Numbered from the stretch's first letter, positions 39,761 through 50,862 are shown. The stretch: 64,000 bases of DNA from Candidatus Eiseniibacteriota bacterium (GCA_963792585.1 CAWBWI010000001.1:1-64000); one strand, 5' to 3'. A program made the numbers and translations. The notes: generated by a model from the letters alone, not told the origin.

Positions 39761-40879
39761 ATGCAGGACGCGGACCGCATCCACTACATGGACAACCTGC
39801 GGGCGCTGGCCATGCTGGCTGGTGTCGTATTCCACGCCGCGCTCGCCTATAGCCCCTTGATGCACCCGATCTGGCCGGCGGCCGATGCTGGGAGATCCAT
39901 CACTGTCGATGCCGCTGCCTGGTTCCTGCACATGTTCCGCATGCCGCTGTTCTTCGTGATCGCGGGATTTTTCGCGGCATTGCTGGTGGCTCGTCGCGGC
40001 TTGGGAGGTCTCTTTCGGAACCGGTGCGCGCGCGTGCTATTGCCGCTGCTGCTGTTCCTGCCGCTGGTCGTGGGTAGCATGCACTGGCTGACCGCGCAGG
40101 CCGCCGCCAATACCGCGAGCCCATCGCCGGCCCTGATCTGGCTCCACGCCCATATCGAAGAGCACGGCACGCTGCCGTCCTTTCCGGGCTGGGTCCATTT
40201 GTGGTTCCTGTTCTACCTGATGCTGTTCACGGTGCTGGTCTGGGTCGTGTCCGCGCTTGAACTCGGGCGCATCGGCGACAGGATTGCGGCGCTGCCAGCG
40301 GCCGTGTTGCCGGTGGCAATGCCCTTGCTCCTGGCGCCTGCGTTGGCCTGCGTCGGCGCCCCCTGGCCTGCGCCCGAGTTCTTCCTCCCGTCGCTGTGGG
40401 CGCTGGCTTTCTTCGGGACGTACTTCGCGCTGGGTTACCAGGCGTTCCTCCGGACAGCCTTACTCGATCGCCTGCGCTCCCTGTCGCCCTGGCTGTTGGG
40501 CGGTGCCGTCGCGACCTACGCGGTGCTGTTCTGGTCGACCGACGGGTTTGCCAGTACCCGGCCGTCGCAACTGCAGCGCATCCTGCACGCCGTGTTGGAA
40601 GCGTATGCGGGGTGCTGGATGACGCTCTGGTGCCTGCTGGCCGCCAGGGGGAGGCTGGATGGGAGGAGCGCGGCCATGCGCTGGTTCTCCGACGCCTCGT
40701 ACTGGGTCTATCTCGTGCACCTGCCGGTGCTGTTCGCGATCCAGTACCGGTTACTGAACCTGCAGATGGATTGGGCGGCGAAGTTCGTCATCGCGACGGT
40801 GTCAACGCTGGTGCTGTCGTTCGCCAGCTACCAGTTGCTGGTTCGGCATACCTTCATCGGAAGGTTGCTCAACGGATAG
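39761..40879 (+). CDS. acyltransferase family 3 (OpgC/MdoC-like)
   Basis: RIHYMDNLRA, FRMPLFFVIAGFF, HLWFLFYL, ASYWVYLVHLP. Confidence 0.85.
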   Translation: MQDADRIHYMDNLRALAMLAGVVFHAALAYSPLMHPIWPAADAGRSITVDAAAWFLHMFRMPLFFVIAGFFAALLVARRGLGGLFRNRCARVLLPLLLFLPLVVGSMHWLTAQAAANTASPSPALIWLHAHIEEHGTLPSFPGWVHLWFLFYLMLFTVLVWVVSALELGRIGDRIAALPAAVLPVAMPLLLAPALACVGAPWPAPEFFLPSLWALAFFGTYFALGYQAFLRTALLDRLRSLSPWLLGGAVATYAVLFWSTDGFASTRPSQLQRILHAVLEAYAGCWMTLWCLLAARGRLDGRSAAMRWFSDASYWVYLVHLPVLFAIQYRLLNLQMDWAAKFVIATVSTLVLSFASYQLLVRHTFIGRLLNG

Positions 40880-40898
40880 CTGTCACTCCGGAACCCCA

Positions 40899-40980
40899 TT
40901 TCCGCGAGGCCCCCGCCCACTTTCCCGTCATGCTCGTCACCGGGGCCGGCCGGTAGGCGAGACGACGTTCCTCCGCGAGG
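40899..40980 (+). pseudogene. remnant of an AAA+ ATPase N-terminus
   Basis: HFPVMLVTGA followed, across a frameshift, by PVGETTFLRE, a degenerate GxRQVGKTT Walker A. Confidence 0.35.
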
Positions 40981-41373
40981 TTGCGACAAGACGGCGTTTC
41001 TGCGCTTCGCGGCTTGATCCGCGTGACGTCGTGTTGGACGACTATTTACAGCTTGTTTCCATGGCTGTTCCCCGCACGTATCGCCACAACCCGAAAGGGG
41101 TTGCTCGCGGACAATCACACGGCATGGCGTGATCGTCGGCCTGGCGCCAACCGAGGTGCGCTCTTCCGGTAGGCTTTGCGCCGGCGCAATTCGCGCCTCG
41201 TCTAAGGCCGGTGCCGCAGCGCCTCCAGCGGCACCATCTGCAGCGGCACTCCCGGCCCCGTCTACTTCAAGTGGCGTACGCACGCTGGATGGAACTCGAG
41301 ACCCTCGCGGCCGGCGAGGAGCAGTGACAGAGGGAAAGAGGGGGCTTGGGCGGCCGCGCCTCCAACCTCAACC

Positions 41374-42501
41374 CTATGCTCCGGGCCTCTCGATTGTCCC
41401 ATCCGGGTACTTTGCAAACCTTTCAAAGGCGGGTCCGTGGACCATATCGTGCCGGGGCCAGGGCCAGCCTCCAAACTGGGTGCTCTGGTAGTCCTCGAAG
41501 GCCTGGCGGATTTCGGCCCGACTGTTCATCACGAAGGGACCATGCTGAACCACGGGTTCGCCAATCGGGCGGGCCTGAAGGAGCAGAACCTCAATTGCGG
41601 TAGCGCCGGCGGCCAATACCGTCTGACTTCGGCTGTCGACGGATAAGCCTTTGGATCCTTCGACCGTCCGCCCATTCAACAAGAGTCCCTCGCCCTCGAA
41701 GAAGTAGATCATTCGGGTTGTGGGAGCGTGAGTCGTTGGCAGATTGAGCGTACCTCCCGGTAGGATTCGGATCAGGAAGACGCTGACTTCGTTCTCCGGC
41801 TGGCTGGCCCAACTGTCGGGAGGAGGGGCGAGAGCCATCGTGTCGCCCCACGTCCCGGCTATGAGATTGATGTGCACGCGATCGCTGTCGAGGCGGATCT
41901 GCGGAATCGCTTCACTCCAGAACATTGTAAAGTGGGGCTTCGTCATCTTCTTCTTGGCCGGCAGGTTGAGCCATACCTGAAACAGCTCGAGGACATTGCC
42001 ACCCTCCTGCCGCAAGAGCGGGAACATTTCCGAGTGTTGGATTCCACTTCCCGCAGTCATCCATTGCACATCGCCTTCACCATAGCGGCCGGCGGCGCCC
42101 ATGGAGTCGCAATGATCGACATAGCCCTTCCGGACAATGGTGATTGTCTCGAACCCCCTATGCGGGTGGACGGGGAAGCCCGGAACCGTCTCGCCGTGAT
42201 ACATGCGGAAGCCGTCCTTCGGAACGAAGTCCTGACCCATATCACGACCTGCAAAATGGCCTGGATCGGGCCCCAGATTGGATCCTCCGTTGGGATACCT
42301 GTCGTGGTGATGGACGCAGAACAGGAATGGTTCCTGAACGGGCCACTGAAAATCCAGGTCGTACTCCGATTTGATCACGGGCAACCCTCCGATCGCTTCT
42401 TCCCCTGCATAGAGTTTCCGCGGCAAGAGTCCTGCTCCGACTATGGCGCCCAGCGAGGCAAACCTCGCCAAGAATCGTCTTCGGTTCCACTCGAAGGACA
42501 T
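41374..42501 (-). CDS. pirin family protein with Tat-like N-terminus
   Basis: PGFPVHPHRGFETIT, VQWMTAGSGIQHSE, FQVWLNLP, GPFVMN. N-terminus NRRRFL plus a hydrophobic stretch. Confidence 0.9.
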   Translation of the reverse strand: MSFEWNRRRFLARFASLGAIVGAGLLPRKLYAGEEAIGGLPVIKSEYDLDFQWPVQEPFLFCVHHHDRYPNGGSNLGPDPGHFAGRDMGQDFVPKDGFRMYHGETVPGFPVHPHRGFETITIVRKGYVDHCDSMGAAGRYGEGDVQWMTAGSGIQHSEMFPLLRQEGGNVLELFQVWLNLPAKKKMTKPHFTMFWSEAIPQIRLDSDRVHINLIAGTWGDTMALAPPPDSWASQPENEVSVFLIRILPGGTLNLPTTHAPTTRMIYFFEGEGLLLNGRTVEGSKGLSVDSRSQTVLAAGATAIEVLLLQARPIGEPVVQHGPFVMNSRAEIRQAFEDYQSTQFGGWPWPRHDMVHGPAFERFAKYPDGTIERPGA

Positions 42502-42610
42502 GACATCCACCTCCCAATAAGAAATCTAAGGCGAGACCGGGGCCGACGTAAGCCGGAACTGTGCGGGTCACATGCGTCGACCTCGTTCGGGCTCGGAAGA
42601 TAGCCCTTTC

Positions 42611-43465
42611 TTAGTCCACGACTCCGATCTCATCTCCCTCCTGCGCCTGTCCCTCTTCGATCACGCGCGCGTAGATGCCCGCGATGTGCTTCGTCTCCCG
42701 GACGAGGGTGCGCATGATGCGATGGTCCTGCGGAACGTCGTCCACGCCCTGCGTGGCCATGACGCAGCGCGGACAGCCGGCGACCACCTCGATCACGGCG
42801 CTGCCTATGCGCAATCGGCGACCGATCCATCCGAGCTCGGGATAGCCATCCGGGTCATCCGCCTCGACGAATACGTTGGGTCGAAAGCGGCGCTCGTCCC
42901 ACACGGAGTCCGGAGCGAGACGCGCGAGGGTTTTCAGCGTGGTCCGCGTGAGGAGGTGGATCGGAAGCGCGTCGAAGAAATTGCCCTGGCGCAGCAAACG
43001 CAATCGTTCCGGCGGAAACGCGCTGAAGTCGGGCATGGGTTCGTCCGGCAGGATTCCCATCAAAGCGCGCATGGTGTCCGGTGGATCGCCCTCCGCCGTG
43101 ACGCGCGGGGCCGCTTCCGTTCCGACCGGGCCGAGTGACCGGAGAGAAACGGCGCGTCCCAGATACTCGCTCAACTGGCGCGCCGCGTCGGGGGAATCAC
43201 TCGAAAGGGACGTTCCATCGGGCAGCGTGATCCCGGCCGGCGGTGAACCGGCGCCCGGGATCGGCTCGTTCACGTAGCGGGCCTGACAGGTGCGCAGGAG
43301 AGGCACGCGTTTCGCGTTCGTGATTCCGCCGCGCGATTCGTCGTAGACCGCCCAGCCGCGGTCACCGGGAATCCCGCGCTGCGTCAACCCGGCGTGCTCC
43401 CGACGCTCGCCGCCCATGCTTTTCACTGGATAACGCCACAACTGGGAAACCGTTCCGATCCGCAT
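42611..43465 (-). CDS. MOSC domain protein
   Basis: LWRYPVKSMGGE, GDRGWA, RRFRPN, CPRC. Confidence 0.9.
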   Translation of the reverse strand: MRIGTVSQLWRYPVKSMGGERREHAGLTQRGIPGDRGWAVYDESRGGITNAKRVPLLRTCQARYVNEPIPGAGSPPAGITLPDGTSLSSDSPDAARQLSEYLGRAVSLRSLGPVGTEAAPRVTAEGDPPDTMRALMGILPDEPMPDFSAFPPERLRLLRQGNFFDALPIHLLTRTTLKTLARLAPDSVWDERRFRPNVFVEADDPDGYPELGWIGRRLRIGSAVIEVVAGCPRCVMATQGVDDVPQDHRIMRTLVRETKHIAGIYARVIEEGQAQEGDEIGVVD

Positions 43466-43617
43466 GAGCGCACGGTAGCGCCGCGGCATCCCGACGGTCA
43501 ACCAGCGCGCGGTGTCTCAGTCGTGATCCCAGCGAATGGCCACGGGCCGGTCGATCCCGGGCAGCGGGAGTGAAGCCGTTTCCGCCTCGGCCGCCTCGCG
43601 CTGGGCGCGGGAAAGGC

Positions 43618-43794
43618 GACGCCAAGGTCGAATCGTGAGCATATGCTCCGCCCGTCGCCAGGTGCCGGCGGTCTTCACCCTCAACTGGCGCCCGCCCGGG
43701 GATGGAGGGTCGCGAGGAGGAAGTGGGATCTACTACCTGAGGTTGGACACGGAGGGATTCAAGAGCAGCGCAAGATCGTTCTGCTCCATGAGTA
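43618..43794 (+). pseudogene. FlgD-Ig / C-terminal sorting domain remnant
   Basis: QGRIV...TLNW......SGIYYLRLDTEG resembles the domain at 63779-64000. Confidence 0.4.
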
Positions 43795-43885
43795 GGCTGG
43801 TCTACTTGCGCGTCTCTGAGCGACAACCCCTTTGGCTCCAAGAGAACCATCCCCGTGACGAATAGGAACTGGTAGCTGGCCAACG

Positions 43886-43950
43886 TCGATAGCCTGATCC
43901 TCGCCGCCCCTCTCGGGACATGGGTCCTGCGCTGGATCCTCTCCCGGTAA
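43886..43950 (+). repeat. 65-bp direct repeat, copy 2 (displaced cdsA 3' end; attR-like)
   Basis: Encodes the same DSLILAAPLGTWVLRWILSR* as 36169-36233. Confidence 0.9.
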
Positions 43951-44074
43951 ACGTCGGGCCGTTCGGGTCGATCCGGGTCTTCTCATCGATCTGCAGATGC
44001 TCTATATGATGGACGGCGAAGCGCGTCTTCTTCCCAGGACTGCTGGAGCAGCGCAACAGTAATGGAGGCCCCTC

Positions 44075-44662
44075 ATGGCGGATGATCGAACGCCGCTCGT
44101 CGGCGACTACACGGTCGGACAGATGGATCCGGCAGCATTCGGCCCCGTCTTCAACGATCTTCGTCCGAGAGTCTTCTCCGACACCCTCTCCTACGACCCG
44201 CGGACGATCTGGACGCAGGAAGAGAAGGATGCCCTCGCCCAACTCCGGAAGCGGATGGGAGAGGTCTTCGAGCTCGTCCTCGGGGTCTACCGGGGGGAGG
44301 AACTCGTCGGCTGGACGATGGGCTGGCAGGAAGACGCTGCCACCTACAAGATGGTGAACACCGGACTTCTCCCCGAGCACCAGGGGAAGGGGATCTACAA
44401 GGCTCTGCTGCCCCGTGTCCTCGATGTCCTGAGGCAGGAAGGCTTCCAGGTGGTCGTGAGCTATCACTGCGCCACCAACAACGCGGTGATCGTTCCGAAG
44501 CTGCGCGCGGGCTTCATCATCTCGGGGTTCGAGGTCTCGGACCGGTTCGGCCTGATCGTCCGTCTCGCCTACTACTTCAACGAGACCCGCAGACGGATCA
44601 TGGATGTCCGTGTGGGACAAACGCGTCCCGACGCCGAGATCAGGAGGATCCTGGGGCTCTAG
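44075..44662 (+). CDS. GNAT family N-acetyltransferase
   Basis: LLPEHQGKGIYKAL, NNAV..PKLRAGF. GGAGG RBS. Confidence 0.85.
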   Translation: MADDRTPLVGDYTVGQMDPAAFGPVFNDLRPRVFSDTLSYDPRTIWTQEEKDALAQLRKRMGEVFELVLGVYRGEELVGWTMGWQEDAATYKMVNTGLLPEHQGKGIYKALLPRVLDVLRQEGFQVVVSYHCATNNAVIVPKLRAGFIISGFEVSDRFGLIVRLAYYFNETRRRIMDVRVGQTRPDAEIRRILGL

Positions 44663-44680
44663 CCGCGTGGGCGCGGCCGC

Positions 44681-46027
44681 TCAAAGCCCGTACTCCTTGA
44701 TCAGCCGGTTGAGGAAGGTCCTCTGCAGCCCCAGTTGCTCCGCGGCCTTCGTCTGGTTGCCGCCGTTGCGTGCGAGCGCGCGCGCGATGTACTCACGGCG
44801 GAAGTCATGAACGGCGTCCCTCAGGGGGCGAATCGTCTCGTCGGGGAGCGGCGCCTCGACGGGACCGAAGACCTCGGGCGGCAGCAGGTCAGGGGTCAAG
44901 GTCTCCGTTCGCGCCAGAACGACCATCCTCTCGACTGCATTCTTCAACTGGCGCACGTTTCCCGGCCATGCATAGCCCTGCATGATCTCCTGCGTGCGCG
45001 TGGCCAGCTTGATCCGGCCCCGGCGGAGCTCCCGCCCGTAGCGCTCCAGGAACGCCTCTGCGAGCGCGGGGATATCTTCGCGGCGTTCGCGTAGCGGCGG
45101 GATCCCGAGGCGGATCACGTTCAAACGGAAGTAGAGATCCTCGCGGAAGCGGCCTTCCTTGACCGCCGCCTCGAGCTGCTTGTTGGTCGCCGCGATGATC
45201 CGGCAGTCGATCGATATCGTGCGGGTTCCGCCGACCCGCTCGAACTCGCCCGTTTCGAGGAAGTGGAGGAGCTTCGTCTGCAGGCGCGGCGTGATGTCCC
45301 CGATCTCGTCGAGGAATGCCGTCCCGCCGGAGGCCGCCTCGATCCGCCCCTCCTTGCGGGCGATCGCCCCGGTGAAGGCTCCTCGCTCGTGGCCGAAGAG
45401 GGTCGACTCGATCAGCTCGTCCGACAGGGCGACGCAGTTGACGTAGACGAAGGGACCGTGGGCGCGGGGGCTCCGGTGGTGGATCATCTCCGCAAGCACC
45501 TGCTTGCCGCAGCCGCTCTCGCCCGTCAAGAGGATCGTCGCGTTCGACTGGGCGGCGCGCGTGGCTGTGTCGAGCAGCTCCCGCATCGCCGGCGAGTCGC
45601 CCACGACGAAGCCGGGCCGCTCGCCGAGCTGAGCGGTGAGGGCGCGGTTCACCTTCTGCAGTTGCCGTTTCTCGATCGATCGCTCGACGACCGCCTTGAG
45701 CAGGTCGAAGTCGGCCGGCTTCAGCATGAAGTCGACCGCGCCGAGCCGGATCGCCTCGACCGCGTTTCCGATCGAGCCGTGGGCGGTGAGGATGACGACA
45801 TCGGCGGCGCAACCGGATTCGTGAAGGTTGCGCAACACCTCCATTCCATCCATGCGCGGCATCGTGAGATCCAGCAGGATCAGATCGAACTCCCGCCGCG
45901 CGACGGCCTCGAGCGCGGCCTGGCCGTCCGCAGCCTGCTCGGTCGCGTGTCCCCAGAAATCGAGCCGATCGGCCAGCGCCCGCCGCAGACCGGCGTCATC
46001 ATCGACGATCAGGACATTTGCTTTCAT
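44681..46027 (-). CDS. sigma54-dependent response regulator (NtrC family)
   Basis: Receiver domain, GESGCGK, GAFTGA, FREDLYFRLN, WPGNVRQL, Fis HTH. Confidence 0.95.
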   Translation of the reverse strand: MKANVLIVDDDAGLRRALADRLDFWGHATEQAADGQAALEAVARREFDLILLDLTMPRMDGMEVLRNLHESGCAADVVILTAHGSIGNAVEAIRLGAVDFMLKPADFDLLKAVVERSIEKRQLQKVNRALTAQLGERPGFVVGDSPAMRELLDTATRAAQSNATILLTGESGCGKQVLAEMIHHRSPRAHGPFVYVNCVALSDELIESTLFGHERGAFTGAIARKEGRIEAASGGTAFLDEIGDITPRLQTKLLHFLETGEFERVGGTRTISIDCRIIAATNKQLEAAVKEGRFREDLYFRLNVIRLGIPPLRERREDIPALAEAFLERYGRELRRGRIKLATRTQEIMQGYAWPGNVRQLKNAVERMVVLARTETLTPDLLPPEVFGPVEAPLPDETIRPLRDAVHDFRREYIARALARNGGNQTKAAEQLGLQRTFLNRLIKEYGL

Positions 46028-48428
46028 CCCTCGGCCACCTCCGACGCGTCCCAGTCGAGCAGGACGCAGGTGAAGGCCGCGCCGCCTTGCGGGTGGTTGA
46101 CGGCGGTCACCGTGCCTCCCATCAACTCGACGAACTGGCGAACGACGTACAACCCCAGCCCGAACCCGCCCCTCTGAACATAGGGGCTCGGTCGGCCCTG
46201 CTTGAACCTCTCGAAGATGATCTCATCCTCTCCGGGGGCGATACCGGGACCGTGATCGCGCACGGAGAACTGCTGGCACGCCCCATCCATACGATGGATC
46301 ACGATATCGACCGCCCCGCCGTCCGGCGAGTAGCGCAGCGCGTTTTCGATCAGATTCGTCATGATCTCGATCAGCTTGTCCCGATTGCCGCGCACCGGCG
46401 GCGTGTCCGGCGGGACCGTGCGCTCGAGGAGGATCCGTCGCTGGATCGCGACCGGCTTCAAGCCCGTGATGGTCTCTTCCAGGGCTCCAACGAGATCGAC
46501 CGGCTCGACCTCGATTCGACCCCGCGAAAGTTCGAGGCGGCTGATCTCGACCAGATTGTTCACGAGCCGGGCGAGCTGGCCCGAGGAGGTGCGGACGGCG
46601 TCGAGATACTCCCGCTGGCGATCGCTGAGCGGGCCGACGACCCCGTCTAGGAGGTTCTGGACCGACCAGGTGATCGAGGTGATGGGCGTCCGCAGGTCGT
46701 GGGAGACCCGGGAGAGAAAGTCGCTCTTCAGGCGGTCGATCTCATCGAGACGCTGCCTTGCGATCGCCTCCTCGGCGACCTGCTGCACCAGGCGGATCCG
46801 CTCCATGGCGACCGCCGCTTCCTCCGCGACGCCCCCGATGAGTTCCAGGTCCTGCTCGACGTAGCGTCGCTCGTTCCGTCGTTCGGAGAGCAGGACCCAT
46901 CCAAGCGCCCGCCCCTCGATCGCGATCGGAGCGAGGATGCGCAGCCCCGCTTCACGGAGGACCGCGGGGAAGTCCGGGTTCTCGATCTCGGGGAGACTCG
47001 TGGAGTTCGGCGCGACGATCGGCCTGCCCGCATAGCCGAGCAGCGGCTCCGCGAGAGCGACCGCCTCGCGGGCGAGTTCCGGATCGATCTCGCCCGCCGC
47101 GTGGTATTCCGACCCCACGGGGACGAGAACCGCGATCGTCCGTGGTTGCAGGCTCTCATCGAGCAGCGACCGAACGAGACCCGCCATCTCCAGCGGGCTC
47201 GGCACCGAGGGGGAGCGCTCCTTGAGGGACCGGAGAGCCTGCGCGTGGTCGTAGTCGATCTTGAAGAAGGTACGATCGACCCAGCCGCCGATCGCCCGGC
47301 GCGTGGGTCCATAGAGGGCGACCGGGACGATGGCGGCCACGAACGGGATCATCTGGGAGGCGGCCGGGACGAAGTGGCGCACCACGCGGCCGACGAGAAC
47401 CGCGAGGAAGATGTAGACGGCCCCCATGATGCCCGCGAGAACGGTGTAGATGATGCTCCGGCGGATGATGATGTCGATGTCGAGGAATCGATAGCGGACA
47501 ACGGCGAAGGTGAAGGAGATGGGGATCGCGAGCTCGAGGATCCGATCGAACTCCGTGCCGATCGGTGTCTCCCACCCGAAAATGCGCGGCAAGGTCCTCA
47601 AGAAGACGTACGGCGTGATGCCGATCGTGAACCCCCAGAGGAGCCACTTCGTCGAGTCCCGTTCCCGCGTCAGCTCGAGCCGCCGGCTGGAGTCGAGGAG
47701 CACGAGGCAACCCGCGCCGACCATCCCGACCAGGAACACCTGCGCGAGGACCCCGGGAAGCCGCGAGGCCCGCCAGGCCTCGGAGTCGCGGACGAAGACG
47801 TAATAGAGGAAGGCCGAGGCCTCCAGGAGGACGACGACGACCGCGGTCGCGATTACCGCCGGCATGAACCAGCGCGCCCGGTCGATGAATGGCCGCCGTC
47901 TGGGGAATGTCAGGGTCATGTGGATGAAGAAGACGGGAAGGGCGGCGAGGCTGATCATCCAGAGGATCGGCATGCCGAGCGGGACGAGCGCCGCGCCTGC
48001 GGGTGGGTAGACGCCGCCGATCATCACCGCGAGACCGAAGAAGATCGTCGCCCAGTAGAAGTCCCGCGCCGGCGTCCGATCGATCCGGCCCAGGAAGACG
48101 AAGAGGTTGACCGCGAAGAAGAAGATCCCGCGATCAGCGCGGTCGTGAACTGGATCGGGCTCATGAGACGACGCAGGCGGATCGTCGTCGAGCCCTGGGG
48201 GGTTCGGATCTCGACTGTGGAGCCGATCGGTCTCGTCTGGATCTCGAAGCGGAGTTGGTCGGCGGAGCCGACATGCGCGGGGCCGACAATGATGGGGTAG
48301 GGGAGATTCCTCGCGTCGAATCCGCGCGGGAGCCCGGCGTGGGTCCACTGGCTGTGGATTCCCCAGAGCCCCAGGGTGAGTCCCAGGCAGGAGACCACCA
48401 GATAGAAGCCGTGTCGGGCGCTCGTCAC
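46024..48428 (-). CDS. membrane sensor histidine kinase with GAF domain (frameshift near 48125)
   Basis: Multi-TM N-terminus, GAF-like region, SHDLRTP, NLIENA, DHGPGI, GFGLGL. Confidence 0.9.
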
Positions 48429-48608
48429 AATCTCGTTCCTCCCGCACCACGTTTGCAGGCGATTCCAGTCTACGGTGGCGGTAGGGACTGGGAAAGGACG
48501 AAGGAGAGGGCCGCGGGCGGTGTCCAGCCCGGCCTTGTCAAGGCACCCCCCTCCACCGTACGATTTCCGCGGGGCGAAAGGGTTCGCCCAGGGGAGGAGG
48601 GGACGACG

Positions 48609-49182
48609 ATGAAGATCCAGGGAACCCGCACCGAGAAGAACCTGCTCGCGGCCTTCGCGGGCGAATCGCAGGCCCGAAATCGGTACACCTACTTCGCATC
48701 CCAGGCCCGCAAGGAGGAGCTCTTCCAGATCGCCGACATCTTCGAGGAGACGGCGAACCAGGAGAAGGAGCACGCGAAGCGCTTCTTCAGCCAACTCCAG
48801 GGCGGAGGAGTGGAGATCACGGCAACCTACCCCGCGGGCGTGGTCGGCAAGACGCTCGAGAATCTCAAGGCCGCGGCGATGGGGGAGCACGAGGAGTGGA
48901 CCGACCTCTACCCGGGCTTCGCGAAGGTCGCCCGAGAAGAGGGCCTCGAGGGGGTCGCGAAGCTCTTCGAGTTCATCTGCGTGGCCGAGAAGCAGCACGA
49001 GAAGCGCTACAACGATCTCGCGAAGAACGTCGAGACGGGGGCGGTCTTCAAGAAGGCCAAGCCGGTCGTCTGGCGTTGCCGGCAATTGCGGCTATCTCCA
49101 CGAGGGACCCGAAGCGCCCGGGGCCTGCCCGGCATGCGCCCATCCGCGGGGGCACTTCGAACTGCTCGGAGAGAACTGGTAG
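48609..49182 (+). CDS. rbr: rubrerythrin (frameshift near 49080)
   Basis: [34 protein letters not shown]. Rubredoxin domain WRCRNCGY...CPACAHP. Confidence 0.9.
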
Positions 49183-49203
49183 GAATACGATCGGACTCGA
49201 GGG

Positions 49204-49233
49204 CGGGGTCGGCCGGTCCTTCGGCCGGCCCCG
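49204..49233. terminator. hairpin between convergent rbr and lysC
   Basis: CGGGGTCGGCCG / CGGCCGGCCCCG. Confidence 0.55.
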
Positions 49234-49236
49234 TCT

Positions 49237-50473
49237 CTACTTCGCCTCGATGAACCTCTCGTGGAGCAGGCGCACCGCATCGGGGGCTTTCGGCCCGTCG
49301 ATCACGAAGCTCACTGCAAGGCTTGCCGTCCGACAGGACTTCGGCTCGATCCCCGCCTTCTCGAGCACCGTCATCGCCTCGCCGAGCAGATCGGGGCGGG
49401 CCACGATCCCCTCGCCGATCAGGCTCACCACGGCGAGTCCGCGGCAAACGCGCACGATGGCGTTCGTCCCGCGGCAGCGATCCCGTAACTGCTGCTCGTC
49501 CGGGCCCGGCTCGGGCCGCATCGCCCGCACGCGCGTGGCGTCGGCCATCACCTGCACCTCGCACCAAGTCCAGGGCACGGCAGTGGGACCCTCGTCGAGG
49601 ATCGCAAGGAGTGTTTGCGCGTTCGCCTTTCCCTCGATCTCGACGGCGACGCAGCGCGCCTCCATCGCGACGGATAGGATGCGATCGCTTTCCAGTGGGC
49701 CTTCCGTGCGGCCCGGTTCGGGATTCATCTCGTCCTCCTTCGGAGGCGGACCGATCCAGGTGTGCGGTCCGTCGGACAGGGAGCAGCGGACGCGAAGCGG
49801 CATTCCGAACTTGCGCGCGAGGATGACCGAGCGGCGGAATAGAACCTGCGCGCCCATGTGGGACAGGACGATCGTCGGCTCGTAGCCGATGTTGCGGAAT
49901 CGTACGCGCGGCCGGCACGATCCGCGGATCCGCGGTCAGCACACCGTGCACGTCCGTATAGATCTCGCACCAGGGGCTGCCGAAGCGGATCGCGAGACCG
50001 ACGGCGGTCGTGTCCGATCCGCCGCGGCCAAGGGTGGTGATCTCCTTGCGGGAACTGACGCCCTGAAAGCCCGCGACGATGGCGACGGTGTCCTGCGCGA
50101 CCGTCTCCTCGATGCGGAAGGGCCGGATGTCGACGATCCGCGCATCGCTGTGACGGTCGTCGGTGATGATCCCGCTCTGGCTGCCGGTGAACGACATCGC
50201 GCGCGCGCCGAGCGACTCGAGCGCCATCGCGAGCAACGCCATCGAGATCCTCTCGCCCGCGGTGAGCAGCATGTCCATCTCGCGGCGCGGCGGATCCGGG
50301 CTCACTTGATGGGCGAGATCGACCAGCTCGTCGGTCGTCTGACCCATTGCGGAGACGACGACGAGGATGCGGCGCCCCCGGCTCTTCTCCTCAAGGACGC
50401 GGCGCGCGACGCCGAGAAGGTGTTGGGGGGTCGCCACGGAGGTCCCGCCGAATTTCATCACGAGGGTGGTCAT
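49237..50473 (-). CDS. lysC: aspartate kinase (frameshift near 49890)
   Basis: [47 protein letters not shown]-like C-terminus. Confidence 0.9.
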
Positions 50474-50663
50474 CGGGGGCCGAGGATAGGGGGGATTGGG
50501 TCCTCGCGCCAGGGTCGGCTTGCGGGCCGAAAGTGGCGCATACCGTGGCCGAAATCCAGGGGTTGACGGAGGGACCCGGCCGTTCCTAGAATCCGATCCG
50601 CGGGCAGGTTTCAGAGAACCACCGCCGTTCGCCCCCCAGGGAGGACGACAACAAGGTTTTTGA

Positions 50664-50740
<77 letters not shown>

Positions 50741-50787
50741 TTTTTATTCCCCCCAACGGCTTATGGCCGTTCACGCCGGTTCGAGGG

Positions 50788-50862
50788 GGCGCCATAGCCA
50801 AGTGGTAAGGCGACGGTCTGCAAAACCGTTATTCCCCGGTTCAAATCCGGGTGGCGCCTCCA
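50788..50862 (+). tRNA. tRNA-Cys(GCA)
   Basis: GGCGCCA/TGGCGCC acceptor stem, CTGCAAA anticodon loop, GGTTCAAATCC, TCCA end. Confidence 0.95.

Larger units (their letters stand above)
36169..43950. mobile_element. putative genomic island inserted in the cdsA 3' end
   Basis: Bounded by the 65-bp duplication. Contains an IS91-like remnant, gene fragments and accessory genes. No integrase visible. Confidence 0.6.
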
